DNA from: Eledone cirrhosa
Taxonomy: Eukaryota
Reading direction: 5' to 3'
Assembly: GCA_964016885.1 (NCBI GenBank)
Contig: OZ024741.1
Coordinates: forward strand, 63,178,001-63,242,000
DNA length: 64,000 bases
Shown here piece by piece: positions 13,841 to 26,301 of this stretch. Made by a program: the position numbers and the translations under genes. Each line of letters opens with the position of its first letter. The first letter of the stretch is position 1. Below the pieces are notes generated by a model that saw only the letters and a program-made list of their open reading frames with translations, made no database searches and was not told where the DNA came from.

Positions 13841-14620
13841 CAAGGCTTTTTGCCCATATGGGTTTGTGAGTATTGATTTATTATTTTTTAGATCGTACAG
13901 GCAAACTATATGTATTTGAATTAAGATATTTCATTCTAACGATTTTATTAGTCAATTACAACTAAAACATGTAAATGTTCATCAAATATTAATTTATTCT
14001 GCTCAGAAGCGATTCTTAGAGCTGAAATGATTGTAAATGACCCCATTGAGTGTAAACTCTAAGTTATATTATATTACTGCTCCCTCAGTCGAGTAATCCC
14101 ATATAAACGGCTGTTATTTCTAGCACTATGTGTGGGACGTTAGAGGACTGGAATAAGTTGTGTGCAAAACCTCGTGTATTTTCGCTACGCTAACCAGACC
14201 TTAGATATTTTTCTGAGGTGAGGTTATTTAATTTATCTGGGTACCTATTGATAAACACAGAAAATTAATTAACTCACTACTAATTAATTAATTATTTCAC
14301 TATTATACCATCCTTTGTTAAACATGTTTAAAGTTTGAAGTTCTGACCGATCTGCGGAAAAAGTTTGTATTTTGAAATTTAAACGTGTCTAGGTACCAAG
14401 GCCTTTTGCCCATATGGGTTTGTGAGTATTGATTTATTATTTTTTAGATCGTACAGGCAAACTATATGTATTTGAATTAAGATATTTCATTCTAACGATT
14501 TTATTAGTCAATTGCAACTAAAACATGTAAATGTTTATCAAATATTAATTTATTCTGCTCAGAAGCGATTCTTAGAGCTGAAATGATTGTAAATGACCCC
14601 ATTGAGTGTAAACTCTACGT

Positions 14621-14630
<10 letters not shown>
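13841..14630. repeat. Partial tandem element: about 234-bp direct repeats (13841-14074, 14397-14630), period 556
   Basis: caaggc(t/c)ttttgcccatatggg...gtaaactcta(a/c)gttatattatat occurs twice with few mismatches; ends in (TA)n. Confidence 0.9.
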
Positions 14631-14654
<24 letters not shown>

Positions 14655-14656
<2 letters not shown>

Positions 14657-15225
14657 AAAGTAAAAGTATGTGTTCCTACATGCAAATAATACACATAGGG
14701 AGACAAGTATAGTCCGACCGTATGCAAGTGTGTTTCAATGGCAAGTCAGAACATATAAAATCAATTTATTAACTTGACATTGAACCACATTTGCATACGG
14801 TCGGACTATACTTGTATCCCTATGTGTATTATTTACATGTAGGAACACATACTTTTATTATTATTCTCCCCCAACGGTAGAGAAACCTTTGGTCATTTGA
14901 ACGGCTGATATTTTTTGTAGCGAGAGATTGACCTGTCCTCCTTGCTTTCAGTCTTTGCACACGGTACTAGACAAAATTATTTCATCATTCATTTGTTGGG
15001 TTAGTTTTGTATGGCGCCAGTTTGTATTTTGAACTCGGGAATCTTATATTCTCCGAGAGAGTAAAGCCTTCTGACGAGGATCTCTTTCTCAATGGAAATC
15101 CACTTGGATTTTCTATTTGTTTCGGGATCTGATACCTCGGTAAAGGCACATATAGTAAGTACAGTGAATTTTCTGAAATTTATATTAAAATGTCTTCTTT
15201 ATTTGCTTTCCCTTGATCTTCTATA
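14655..15225. mobile_element. Diverged relative of the 13117 element: inverted tail (14661-14746 / 14772-14857) followed by body and hammerhead 15066-15147 (+)
   Basis: tatgtgttcct tail shared with about 13127. gcctt CTGACGA ggatc...gatct GATA cctcgg TA aaggc (GAAA mutated to GATA). Confidence 0.8.
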
Positions 15226-15227
15226 TA

Positions 15228-15385
15228 TAAGGAAAATAAATTGAAAATGCAACTGGAGTCATTTTAAAGGAAACAAAAAATATTCTTAAAAAGACTGCAA
15301 TGGCATTTTCGATATCTTTTCCTTATACTTTCACTCGTGTAGGACATCTCGTTTTTTTTCATAAAAAAAAACCTCATTTTCCTAT
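15228..15385. mobile_element. Short hairpin + tail element (family also at 51120-51320, 51800-52003, 57075-57254)
   Basis: gaaaatgcaactggagtc...gactgcaatggcattttc hairpin, then ccttatactttcactcgtgtaggac...aaacctcattt tail. Confidence 0.8.
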
Positions 15386-15447
15386 ATACATGCATACATA
15401 CATACATACATACATACATACATACATACATACATACATACATACAT

Positions 15448-15502
<55 letters not shown>

Positions 15503-15505
<3 letters not shown>

Positions 15506-15615
15506 CGAAGGTAATGTGGTAAGGAACCAGGTGAACCATAACGCACCAAAGTACTCAATACTTAGGGTAGTAGAGTGGGTAATAGGGACAAGTAAGACCC
15601 CGGGGTCTTACTTGT

Positions 15616-15621
<6 letters not shown>
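15503..15621. mobile_element. Tail + perfect 40-bp palindrome (15582-15621); family also at 41491-41673 and 52815-52910
   Basis: atagggacaagtaagacccc|ggggtcttacttgtccctat between TA tracts. Confidence 0.88.
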
Positions 15622-15686
<65 letters not shown>

Positions 15687-16318
15687 AATTAGAATTGGTG
15701 CTCTGAAATAGCGATATATATATGAATGTATATACAGTGTATTTTGCAATACACTGTATGCTTAATTAAAACCATTTCGAAGACCTTACGCTATTGTTTT
15801 AGAGTAGTGACAGTCTCACTTACTTTAAATTTTCAGCAAACAGGGGAGATAAAGCTGACAGAGCTCTGATTCGCACTTTTTGGTGCTTATCAAAGCTAAC
15901 TACTCCACCTGTTTGCTGAAAATCGTGAATGTTTGATTCTTATAGAATTCTAGTAATAATCAGGAACTGATTATTACTAGAATTCTGATTATATATATCG
16001 GTATTTCAGAGCACCGATTCTAATTTTCAATTTCTGCTTGACCGGCAACCGCTCTGTATAATTAGTTCCGGATTATTACTAGAATTCTATAAGAATCAAA
16101 CATTCCTGATTTTCAGCAAACAGGTGGAGTAGTTAGCTTTGATAAGCACCAAAAAGTGCGAAACAGAACTCTGTCAGCTTTATCTCCCCTGTTTGCTGAA
16201 AATTTAAAGTAAGTGAGACTGTCACTACTCTAAAACAATAGCGTAAGGTCTTCGAAATGGTTTTAATTAAGCATACAGTGTATTGCAAAATACACTGTAT
16301 ATACATTCATATATATAT
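15687..16318. mobile_element. Fold-back element with arms about 15715-15961 / 16071-16318 and a degenerate hammerhead (16135-16179 +)
   Basis: Inverted repeat of about 250 bp. agct TTGATAA gcac..gtgc GAAA cagaactctg TC agct. Solo relative at 37031-37330. Confidence 0.88.
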
Positions 16319-16376
16319 GTATGAGTGAGTGTGGGTGTGTATTGTGTTGTATATTCCGTCAGTGTTTTTGGAGAAA

Positions 16377-16501
<125 letters not shown>

Positions 16502-16507
16502 TATATA

Positions 16508-17040
16508 TTGAGTTTATGTTGGTTGTATACCAACACCTCAGTATGCAGGCTGGAGCACTCAACGAAGTGCGCAGGTTGGTTTGGTTACTCCGGAGTAGTG
16601 TAAAATAAAGTTAAATAAAAGTCAAATGATTAAAATTTAGCTTCGTTTATTACTGCTATATATATTTCAGTGACAGCCATCTTTGGCCGTGACCTCTTCA
16701 GGCAGTTTGAATTAGTATGGTATAGACAAGTACATATGTTGTTTAGGTGTATGATATTGTCAATACTCTGATATGCCCAGTTCCTTGTTGGGTTGTTAAT
16801 TCACTGGGGAACTGGAGTCATATCATATGACTCCAGTTCCCCAGTGAATTAACAACCCAACAAGGAACTGGGCATATCAGAGTATTGACAATATCATACA
16901 CCTAAACAACATATGTACTTGTCTATACCATACTAATTCAAACTGCCTGAAGAGGTCACGGCCAAAAATGGCTGTCACTGAAATATATATAGCAGTAATA
17001 AACGAAGCTAAATTTTAATCATTTGACTTTTATTTAACTT

Positions 17041-17047
<7 letters not shown>
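16508..17047. mobile_element. Fold-back hammerhead element: tail about 16508-16600, palindrome 16601-17047 centred on 16824
   Basis: 223-bp arms, 1-nt loop, one mismatch seen; bounded by (TA)n. Confidence 0.93.
16942..16996 (+). ncRNA. Type I hammerhead ribozyme (mirror copy 16652-16706, minus)
   Basis: actgc CTGAAGA ggtcacggcca-aaaa-tggctgtcact GAAA tatata TA gcagt. Confidence 0.9.
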
Positions 17048-17082
<35 letters not shown>

Positions 17083-17193
17083 TCTCCCCAATGACTGACC
17101 GAACACGTACGAGCTTTGTCTCAAAAATGTTTTCCGATCCTTACTCATTTCACTCCCTATTTTTTTTTTATTTCATCGTATATTTCTCATTCT

Positions 17194-17230
17194 ATCTTCT
17201 GATGAATGACTATTGTTCGAAACGTGAAAT
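17194..17230 (+). ncRNA. Decayed hammerhead in a repeat (about 17090-17270) also present at about 43740-43915
   Basis: atctt CTGATGA atgactattgttc GAAA cg TG; cleavage triplet is GUG. The second copy has CCGATGA...CAAA. Confidence 0.45.
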
Positions 17231-18976
17231 CTCTTTTCCTACTATATCAGGCATTAAACTGACATATTTCTTCATTGTATTGTCTCGTTTGCTTTGTTTT
17301 TCTGTTTACTCTTTGCATTTATATTTATATTTCTATATTTTATCATTCAACTTGAAAAATTGTCACTTCCTTCTCCTCCCCCTCTCTCATGCTACTTTTC
17401 TCATCTCTTTGTTGTAACACAATATAGAAACAGCATCTAAGTGGAATAAAAAGTAAAAAATGTAGACATGTTTATTAGTCTTCGTTTGTTGTTGCTGTTA
17501 TTTGTATTAACACATAAGATAGATTTTCTTATGTACGTACAAACATAATTTGTTATTTTATAGAGAAAGTGTATAGTTGATTGAAAATCTTATCTGTTCA
17601 AATATAAGACGTGTTATTTATTATAATATCGCGACTAATATCATGTAAAATCGCAGATAAATAAATATCTTCCAACTTTCATATTAGTAAACATATTTTT
17701 TAGATATATATTCATTTCTATGCGCACGAGTTGTTAGAATGCTGGAAAGAATGCACTGTAGTGTTTGATCCAAGTCCTTATGTTCTAAGTTCAAATCTTA
17801 CCGACGTCACACATCAAATAGTTTTGCTTTGTTTCAAGGAGGACAGATAATATATTGGTGTCCATTATTCTTCCTATGCTCCACTCGCACTATCACTCAC
17901 TCTCGTTCTCGCTATCTCTCTCCCTGCTGCTCTCTTAGAATTGGTTACGCTGTGCCGTTAAATGAATTGTGAGAGACCGATTACAGTAAAATCTTTTCCT
18001 GGAACGAAGAAAAGTTCAGCGAGGGACTAACGACAACATCTCATAGAAAACGTATGCGACTGAAATCTGATATGCAGTAAAGGACACAAAGAAAGAATAA
18101 ATGAAAGAGAGAGATGAGTATCGATCCCAGTGCATATTTAGCACGTTATGTACATATCTCGGAAGGACAATAGATAAAATTGACATCAATAAGATTTGAA
18201 CTAAATCCATGGTATTGGAAACAATAGCGTGAAGCATTCCATCAGCCGCTACAACGACTCATGTACATGCAAGCGCAAATCTATATCTAAGAATTGAGTT
18301 ATTACAACGAAAGTCTAGACATTTTCAGATAACTGTGATTTCAATTTCTATTAGTCGCAAATCTTATATCATTTCTAAACGACAGATTTGATTTAAAAAT
18401 TCATATCTAAACAGAGTGAAACAAATTACAACATTGACATCTAAAACTACCCCTTATCTACATTTCCAAAAATAATTTCTTCATCCGACAATATCTTTAT
18501 CGCTTATCTAAAGCTGTGTGAAAATACAAATCATCGTGTGGAAACATATTTTCGAATGATATTAATTATTATAGGTGACGCTACGATCACTTGGAGGACA
18601 ATGACAGTTGCGATAATTGAAAATAGAAAAAATATATTCATTTTGGGGGGTTTTGTTTCCAATAACTATAATAATAATAAATCGAAAAATATTAACAATA
18701 TTAAAACAAAGCTGATAACAAATTTCCCAACAACATCTTGGGATCAAATTTTAAATGCTTCAAGCATAATCTCGTGTTTAATGAAACTTGGCTATGTCAA
18801 TGTGCCCGATCACATATAAAAAAAAAACGGACATCAGCCTGATAACAGTGGCAGTAGTATATTAGTTATTGACAAGACCATATTAAAGGACAAAAAGCAG
18901 AAACGGTAGTGAATAATAGATACACAAACCCTCTACACACACAATAATACGCATTCATATATGTATATAATATATA

Positions 18977-19064
<88 letters not shown>

Positions 19065-19089
19065 TACACGGATGTGTATGATTGTGTAT

Positions 19090-20190
19090 AGAAGATTATA
19101 TTAATAAAAGGAATTCCAACTTTGTCTGATTTACTCATTTTATTTACAATCGTTTAAAATTATAATGATATTATAATGACATTGTATGGTAGAATATTAA
19201 ATGTTAAGTGTTAATTGAACAAGTACTTTCATGCTTTCATAATCTTCAGGTTGATATTCAGTGGTGACAGTCAAGTTTGCAATTTTCAACTGTAATGAGA
19301 TGGCTAAAACTTGTGCATTATATACAGTAAAAAGGGGCTAAAAAGGTATTTCGACCAATCGGTGTGTAATTTCACTAGATTACTAAAGCTGATTGGTTAA
19401 GGAGTCACAGTTGGTTGAGCATGTCTAACGACTTTTATTTGACCATATCCAAAGCATCAATTGTTTTGCTATTTTTAAAAATGATGAAAATAGCATTTTC
19501 TAGGGTTTTTATAAAAAATCTTCAGTAATCATCACAATCAACATCACTTTTATTATTATTATGTTGTTGTTGTTGTTGTTGTTAGTGGTGGTAGTCGACA
19601 TGGTCGTAGGCGTAGTTATAGTAGGAGTAATACTCCTAACCATTATTATTGTTCATTTAGCTTGGGTTGGAATTTATCAATAAAATTCTTTTCTTTAATT
19701 TTTCTCTTGATTTCACTTGGGCTGTGTAATTTGTAGAATGGAAATATAAATATTTTCTGACCACATGTTGCTAGATGGTTACTCAGGGGTATCTGACGGA
19801 CATTTGGGTCTCTGATTTGCTGTCGATGCACCCGTGAACGTTCCGATAGTGCATTTCCAGTTTGACACACATATCGTTCTTCACAATTCGGGCATTTAAT
19901 GCAGTAAATTAGATTTCTGTTTTTGAAGTTCATATTTGCATTTGGGAATATTTTTCAAGTTTTTGTGTTCATATATTGACCAGTGTGTATGGATTGACAT
20001 GTGCCATATCGACTATCATTGCATTTAGATACAGTGAATGATTGGTCTTTGTTGTTAAGGCCAAACTTTGCCTTTATTAGTAATTGCTTCAAATTTTTCG
20101 GATGTCTTTTACTAAGAGTCAAAGATCGGTCTGTGATTAAACCTTTTAATTCATTACTTTGAGCAATGATCGGTAGGTTTGCTTTGGCAG
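19090..20190 (-). mobile_element. 3' portion of a Neptune-type Penelope-like element (Cys linker + GIY-YIG endonuclease + 3' UTR)
   Basis: KRHPKNLKQLLIKAKF...CNDSRYGTC; NLIYCIKCPNCEERYVCQTG...ER..VHRQQI...RKIKEKNFIDKFQPKLN*. Clade assignment from the Cys linker is tentative. Confidence 0.85.
19218..19252 (-). ncRNA. Minimal hammerhead in the 3' UTR of the Neptune-type PLE
   Basis: aac CTGAAGA tt atg-aaag-cat GAAA gtac TT gtt; palindromic stem III AAGTACTT; same strand as the endonuclease. Confidence 0.7.
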
Positions 20191-20199
20191 TGTTGAAGA

Positions 20200-21130
20200 T
20201 ATATATAAAATAAACACATGAAACAATCACAGGGGATAATTTGTAAAGTGTGTAAGCACACATAGCTAGGTAGGTAACTAATTAAAGTTAACTAGAACTT
20301 CAAATATGATTAATCTTCCTTGTATATATTTCATTAAAGAAATATATTTCACCATTAATCCGTAAACTCACAGTAGTCAAAACGAATCTTCAGCAAGGGT
20401 GAAGATTTAACTATCTGTGTTTACACATCAAATGCAAATCTGCTAATGACCCGTCACACATGTTGCATTTCTAAAACTACACACATCGTGCCACCGTCAT
20501 CCCAGTGGCGTGAATAGGATTATCGACAGCTAGAAATAGCAGCCGAGTCCTTTCAACTGAGTTAGCTCTAAAATCAAGGGGCCGTGTATATATCCAAAAT
20601 TAAATTAAGGGAGTCATGTCCGGGACATGCGCCATATCCACCGTAGAATAAGCTCAAAGATTCTAATGAATAGATCCGAGTATTTTATATCAACTAGAAA
20701 TTGATTGACATATAAATATATATATCTAAAATAAACACATGAAACAATCACAGGGGATAATTTGTAAAGTGAGTAAAAACACAGTTAGGTAGGTAACTAT
20801 TTAAAGTTTAACTAGAACTTCAAATATAGATACCTTTTTAAAATGATTAATCTTCCTTGTATATATTTCATTAAAGAAATATATTTCACCATTAATCCGT
20901 AGTTCTAGTTAAACTTTAATTAGTTACCTACCTAGCTGTGTGTGCTTACACACTTTACAAATTATCGCCTGTGATTGTTTCATGTCTTTATTTTAGATAT
21001 ATATATATGTCAATCAATTTCTAGTTGACATAAAATGCTTGGATCTATTCATTGGAATCTTTGAGCTTATTCTACGGTGGATATGTGGATATGGCGCATG
21101 TCTCGGACATGACTTCCTTAATATAATTTT

Positions 21131-21135
<5 letters not shown>
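20200..21135. mobile_element. Non-coding hammerhead element: 1.3 tandem units (period about 520-540) plus an inverted copy (20591-20818 / 20902-21135); family also at 27280-27610 and 36153-36470
   Basis: taaacacatgaaacaatcacagggga... repeats at 20211 and 20732 and is inverted at about 20960-20995. Hammerhead 20318-20398 (-): ccttg CTGAAGA...GAAA tata TA caagg. Confidence 0.85.
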
Positions 21136-21220
<85 letters not shown>

Positions 21221-21224
<4 letters not shown>

Positions 21225-21653
21225 TAAAAGAGAAAACACAGGTAAGCATTAAGAGAAGGATTTTAACCAGGTATTTACGACCGTTTCATTGGTAAGTGCA
21301 ACCTTATATTGCTATACTGAAAATAGAAGCCACTCAATTATAATTGTTGTTCACAGTCCAAATTTTCAAAATAGTGAGTAAGTTACTCTTGAAATAATTC
21401 TTAATATATCGAGAAGAACATTTATTTGGAATTGTATTTACTAGTATAGAGAGAGAGGAATCAGAAGGTGAGGGGACAAACGGAATAGTATAGAGAGAGA
21501 GGAAGGGGGAGGAAGAATTAGGAAGTAGAGTGACAAACTGAGATGGAGGGAGGGGTAGAGGTGGAAGGATTCCTTCATCAGATTTGATTGTAGACTTCAT
21601 GTCGTGGAATGTAGTGAGTTAAAGAGAATTAAATTGATCATAGTGGGAGGGAT

Positions 21654-21744
<91 letters not shown>

Positions 21745-24671
21745 GAGATATAAAGAGATAAATATATATATAAAAAATAAAGATAAAGATAATAATGACA
21801 AAAATAAAAGCAAATAAGGGGCAGAAAGAAGAAAAGAAAAGATAGCCAAAAAGAGGAGGGAAGGAAGGAAGAAAACGAAGAAATAGAAGTGGAATGAAGG
21901 AGAAGAGGGGGATATAGGTATTGGCTTTTGTGGGTGATTAAAAGGGTTTAGATACAACAAGAGGGTATAAAGTCTAAGTATATGCAGTTTGTCAGTTGGT
22001 AGTAAGAGGTTAAGGGTTCGATTTGCACTTGTAGTGCGAAAACTTCTCTTTGAGTCTATGGTTACAATAAATTGATCTTTCGATTTTATTGTTGAGTAAC
22101 TTATTCTTCGAACTCAAGATGTGGAACAGCTCAAGGTCGCATAATCGACAGCTTCTCATACCACTCCGATATGGGGGCGCGTTCGATAATTGTTTCCACT
22201 TCAGAGTGTATTGATGGTTACTTTCCCTCAGTTGCCAGGTCTTGTTTCGAAGGTTAGTTACATAACGATGCTGGGAATGTTTCATTGCGTAACGGTGTGT
22301 ATACCAACGGGCTTTAAATGTATTCCCAGTCGCTCCGATGTAATACCATTTCTAGTTGTCTGATTCCACTGTGCATTGGTAAACCAGGTTAGACTGCATA
22401 CATTCATTATGTAATGGACAGGTTTCAGGTAGGTGGCAGTTACAATTCTTGTCATGGGCAACTTTGGCATTATTGGTGGGCTGCGATGCCTGCACAAGTG
22501 TGTTATGTTTTGTTTGCCTATTAGTGGGTGGTTGTGAATTAGATATTCTGTTGTGTTCAATGGTGATTGTATTGTTATTGTTGTAAATGTGTGTTCTGGT
22601 GTTGTTATGTATCTTTTTAGCGTTAAGCATCTTAATGTGTGCCTCTATATTTGGTGCCGTGGAGTAAGATAGTATAATAGATTTAGTGTTAAGGATTTTG
22701 CTGTATCTATGTGAATTTGGAAAGTGCTTATTTATTATTGTAAAGAAGGTAGAGGGTAGGCTAGCACTAATAGAGGTGTTAAATATGGGGTTATACCAAA
22801 TATATTTTCTACTGCGTGACTTGTTTGATTTCGATGTTGTATTTCTATTTACCGTATACTTTGTAGTTCTATGCATAAGTGCGTGTGTTTGGAGATTTGT
22901 GTTATGCGTGTTCGTGTGCGCTTACGGAGGCTTTCATCTATATATTCTACTCTATCTAAGTGGCCTGCCTTGTCTAATGCGGTATTGTAGTATTATGCAT
23001 GTTATTCGAAGATTTTTCGGTTAGACGAGAGTCGGGAGATCCTAAGGGATATACTGTGTGGAATGGATTTAATTATGGATAGTGGGTGGTTTGAGTTACA
23101 GTTGATGTATGCTAAGTTTTCATTTATCTTGTGAAAAAGTCTTATAAGTCCCGTATTTAGGTTAAGCGTCGCGTCTAGAAAGTTAACTGTTTTAGTGCTA
23201 TACTCATACGTTATGCTAAGGCCTAGTTTCCCGAGGGTCTTTCTAATATTCTTACGGAGTCTTTCTATGCTCTGGTTATTTAGGTTCTTAACTAGGAGAA
23301 GGGCGTCGTCTCTGTAGATTCCACCGTGAAGGTCGCTAAACTCACTTTGTTAACTGTGGGCTATGTAAATACCTACTAAATCTGTGACTTGAGCCGAGTC
23401 GTTAACCCCATCGTGATGTCAAAGTTATTTAATCTATCCTTACGTTCCCAATAGGCGTTTTCAAATTTAATTATTGTTTTCCTAGCAGCTAATACGATTT
23501 TTATCTCGTCGTCTGTTATGTCAGAATTGGCTTTGGCAAATGCTAAGGCTTTATCCAAGGTGTTGGGGAATATAGAGGAGTAATAGTCGTTAATGTCAAA
23601 TTGTATAAATTTAGATACTTCTTTGTGAGCTATATTGTTAAACCACTTAATTGTTTCGGTAGCGTTACCCCATAGTTTAATTACTAGTTTATTCTTCATT
23701 TGTGCTATCACTCTGTCTAATATATGTTTACTAATTTTCCCGATGTCCGATTTGGACGGGCATATAAGTCTAATTGTGGGGTTATAATCAAAATTTACTT
23801 TGTGGTCCTTGAGATTAAATGTGGGGGTACATGGCCGAAGATCCTCCGTTCTGTCGTCTATTCCTAGGTGTTTGACTATATTGTGTGCCTCATTGTTGAT
23901 ATTTATCAGTGCCGCCTCATTAGTTTTTTTGTATTTCCTATGTAATTCCTTCGGTATGAAGCTATTGTATGTATTAACATCCATCGTATACACATTTGAT
24001 GTTTTGTCCGCTTTGACAATAATTCCATTGGTGGTTCCCAGCTTTTTTAGGAATGTATTTATGTCATTCTGGAGTTTATTATTCCTCCGCTTTTCGAATT
24101 TGATATTCATAATCATCTTCAGTAAGTCCTGTTCAAAGGCTTCCAGTTGAGGGTTGGTAGGTGGGTTTTTACACGATTTGAAGCCGTATGTTTCCTTGTT
24201 GTATTCCACGGTGCGACCATTACGTCCTTTGTCGAAATGGAAAGTTTTCCATCTAACTGCGTATAAAGTCGTTTGTTCGCTGTATCATCCCGAGGGTATA
24301 ATCCTTTCTCAGAGGTATAGGAATGTTCTTTATGGACATACCTATGTAATGCTTTTCCATAGTAGTACCGTAGGTTTAGGTGGTTGGTCGACCGATAAGG
24401 AACATGTAGTTAGGGAAGCAAAAAATTGCTTTTTCTGATCCAGTTCGTGGTTATGAAAGCCAGTTTCATGGATGGTTTCAACTTACGGTTAGGGGTAACT
24501 CCACAAGTTTGTAAGGATTCCGATCAATCTTGGAGTATAAAGTATAAAAGAGAAAACACAGGTAAGCATTAAGTGAAGGATTTTATCCAGGTATTTACGA
24601 CCGTTTCATTGGTAAGTGCAACCTTATATTGCTATACTGCAAATAACAGCCACTCAATGATAATTGTTGTT

Positions 24672-24675
<4 letters not shown>
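21221..24675 (-). mobile_element. Near full-length, pseudogenised Penelope-like element (RT + C-terminal GIY-YIG, tentatively Nematis-like) with 135-bp direct terminal repeats
   Basis: Disrupted ORF about 24360 to 22010: SIKNIPIP, KADKT, LKDHK, FDINDYYSSI, FDITMG, IYRDDA, VNFLD, IWYNP, CNC..CPL..C..NLVYQCTV...YYIGATG..FKARW..H, CRLC. Direct repeats 21221-21355 and 24541-24675. Confidence 0.93.
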
Positions 24676-24720
<45 letters not shown>

Positions 24721-24795
24721 GGAATGCCCCGAAAAATGTATACACACTTTAATTAGAATGGTGTTTATATATATATACGCACACATATATATATA

Positions 24796-24839
<44 letters not shown>

Positions 24840-24853
24840 GCGGTGGCCCAGCA

Positions 24854-24890
<37 letters not shown>

Positions 24891-25774
24891 ATGTCTGTGT
24901 ACATGAGTATGTGTGTGTTAATACAAAATCGAAGTTTCGTAAGGTTTACCCAAGTTAGCAAGACGTTGTTCTTTTGTCTTAAAAAACACATAACACCTGA
25001 ACAACTTCACTTCATAAAACAATATTCCTCCTCTATAGTGCATAATTATTAAAAAAAACAACCGGTTATTAAGCTAACGGATGAATATATTACCTACTCA
25101 ACTAATAATAAACTACAGTTCATCTCATCTGCTGGGGCTTGTATATATCTCCTAGACATAATGATTAATTGATCAATTTAATTTGACAATTTCATTGATT
25201 GGTTAATTATTTAAGTTTGTTTAATAAGGATCTGATTGAGTGCTTAATTCAGTTTGTGCATGGAATTTTTTCCATTCCTCATAATTTTTGAATTGACCGC
25301 CATAAACCGGGATTACCTCCTTTTGGAGTAACATGTGCTTCACACCGGTTAGAACGAAAGCCTGTTGAGAAAGTAAATTCCTCTTCGATATTCCAGAAGC
25401 CTAACTTGTATACACCACAAGCGGATTTTGTTGATTTGGGATTTACAGAAACCTCACTTAGATATTCAGTAATTTCGAAGTGATGATCCTGGTATATTAT
25501 ATATACAGATATGTGCATATATGTATGTATGTATATTCTTATATGTATATATGTATGTGTGTGTATGTGTGTGCGTGTGTATATCCTTTTCTCACTAGTC
25601 AGTTCTTTCGTTGCTACAGAACACGCGGCTGAATTAGCGGTCGCTATTTTCAACTTGCAAAGCCCTTTAAATTGTATGTTATTATTCTGAGGTCTATTCC
25701 TCGTCGAGTGCTTGCCTGCACTGCTGAAGGCATTCCTTGGCTTAGCTGCTGATCGAACTTCGAATATGCTGTAC

Positions 25775-25863
<89 letters not shown>

Positions 25864-26143
25864 CATACATACACTCACACATTGTATATGTAATATATAT
25901 GCATGTATATAAATACATATACATGTTTGCCGAACTGTCAAAAGGGGCTTAACATTTTAGTGAGAAAAAACGCATTTAACAACAGAAAATTGAACAATAA
26001 AAGCTGCAGTTAATATCTTTAGACCGTAAGGAGTATATAAATGCAAGTTTGTAGTCAATCGGAGTAGAAATGTGAATTTGTATAGACTTTCCACACACAC
26101 ACACACACACACAACTTCAGTTTTATATAGATGTATAGATGTA

Positions 26144-26301
<158 letters not shown>

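Noticed and set aside
16601-17047. Palindromes as assembly or fold-back read artefacts
   Set aside because: Arms carry substitutions, the same families recur with different inversion points, and outer boundaries and tails are family-specific. Raw-read confirmation is still advisable.
25279-25500. Complex-looking open stretch after a minus-strand cag
   Set aside because: No recognisable homology; the flanking receptor exons already join in phase without it.
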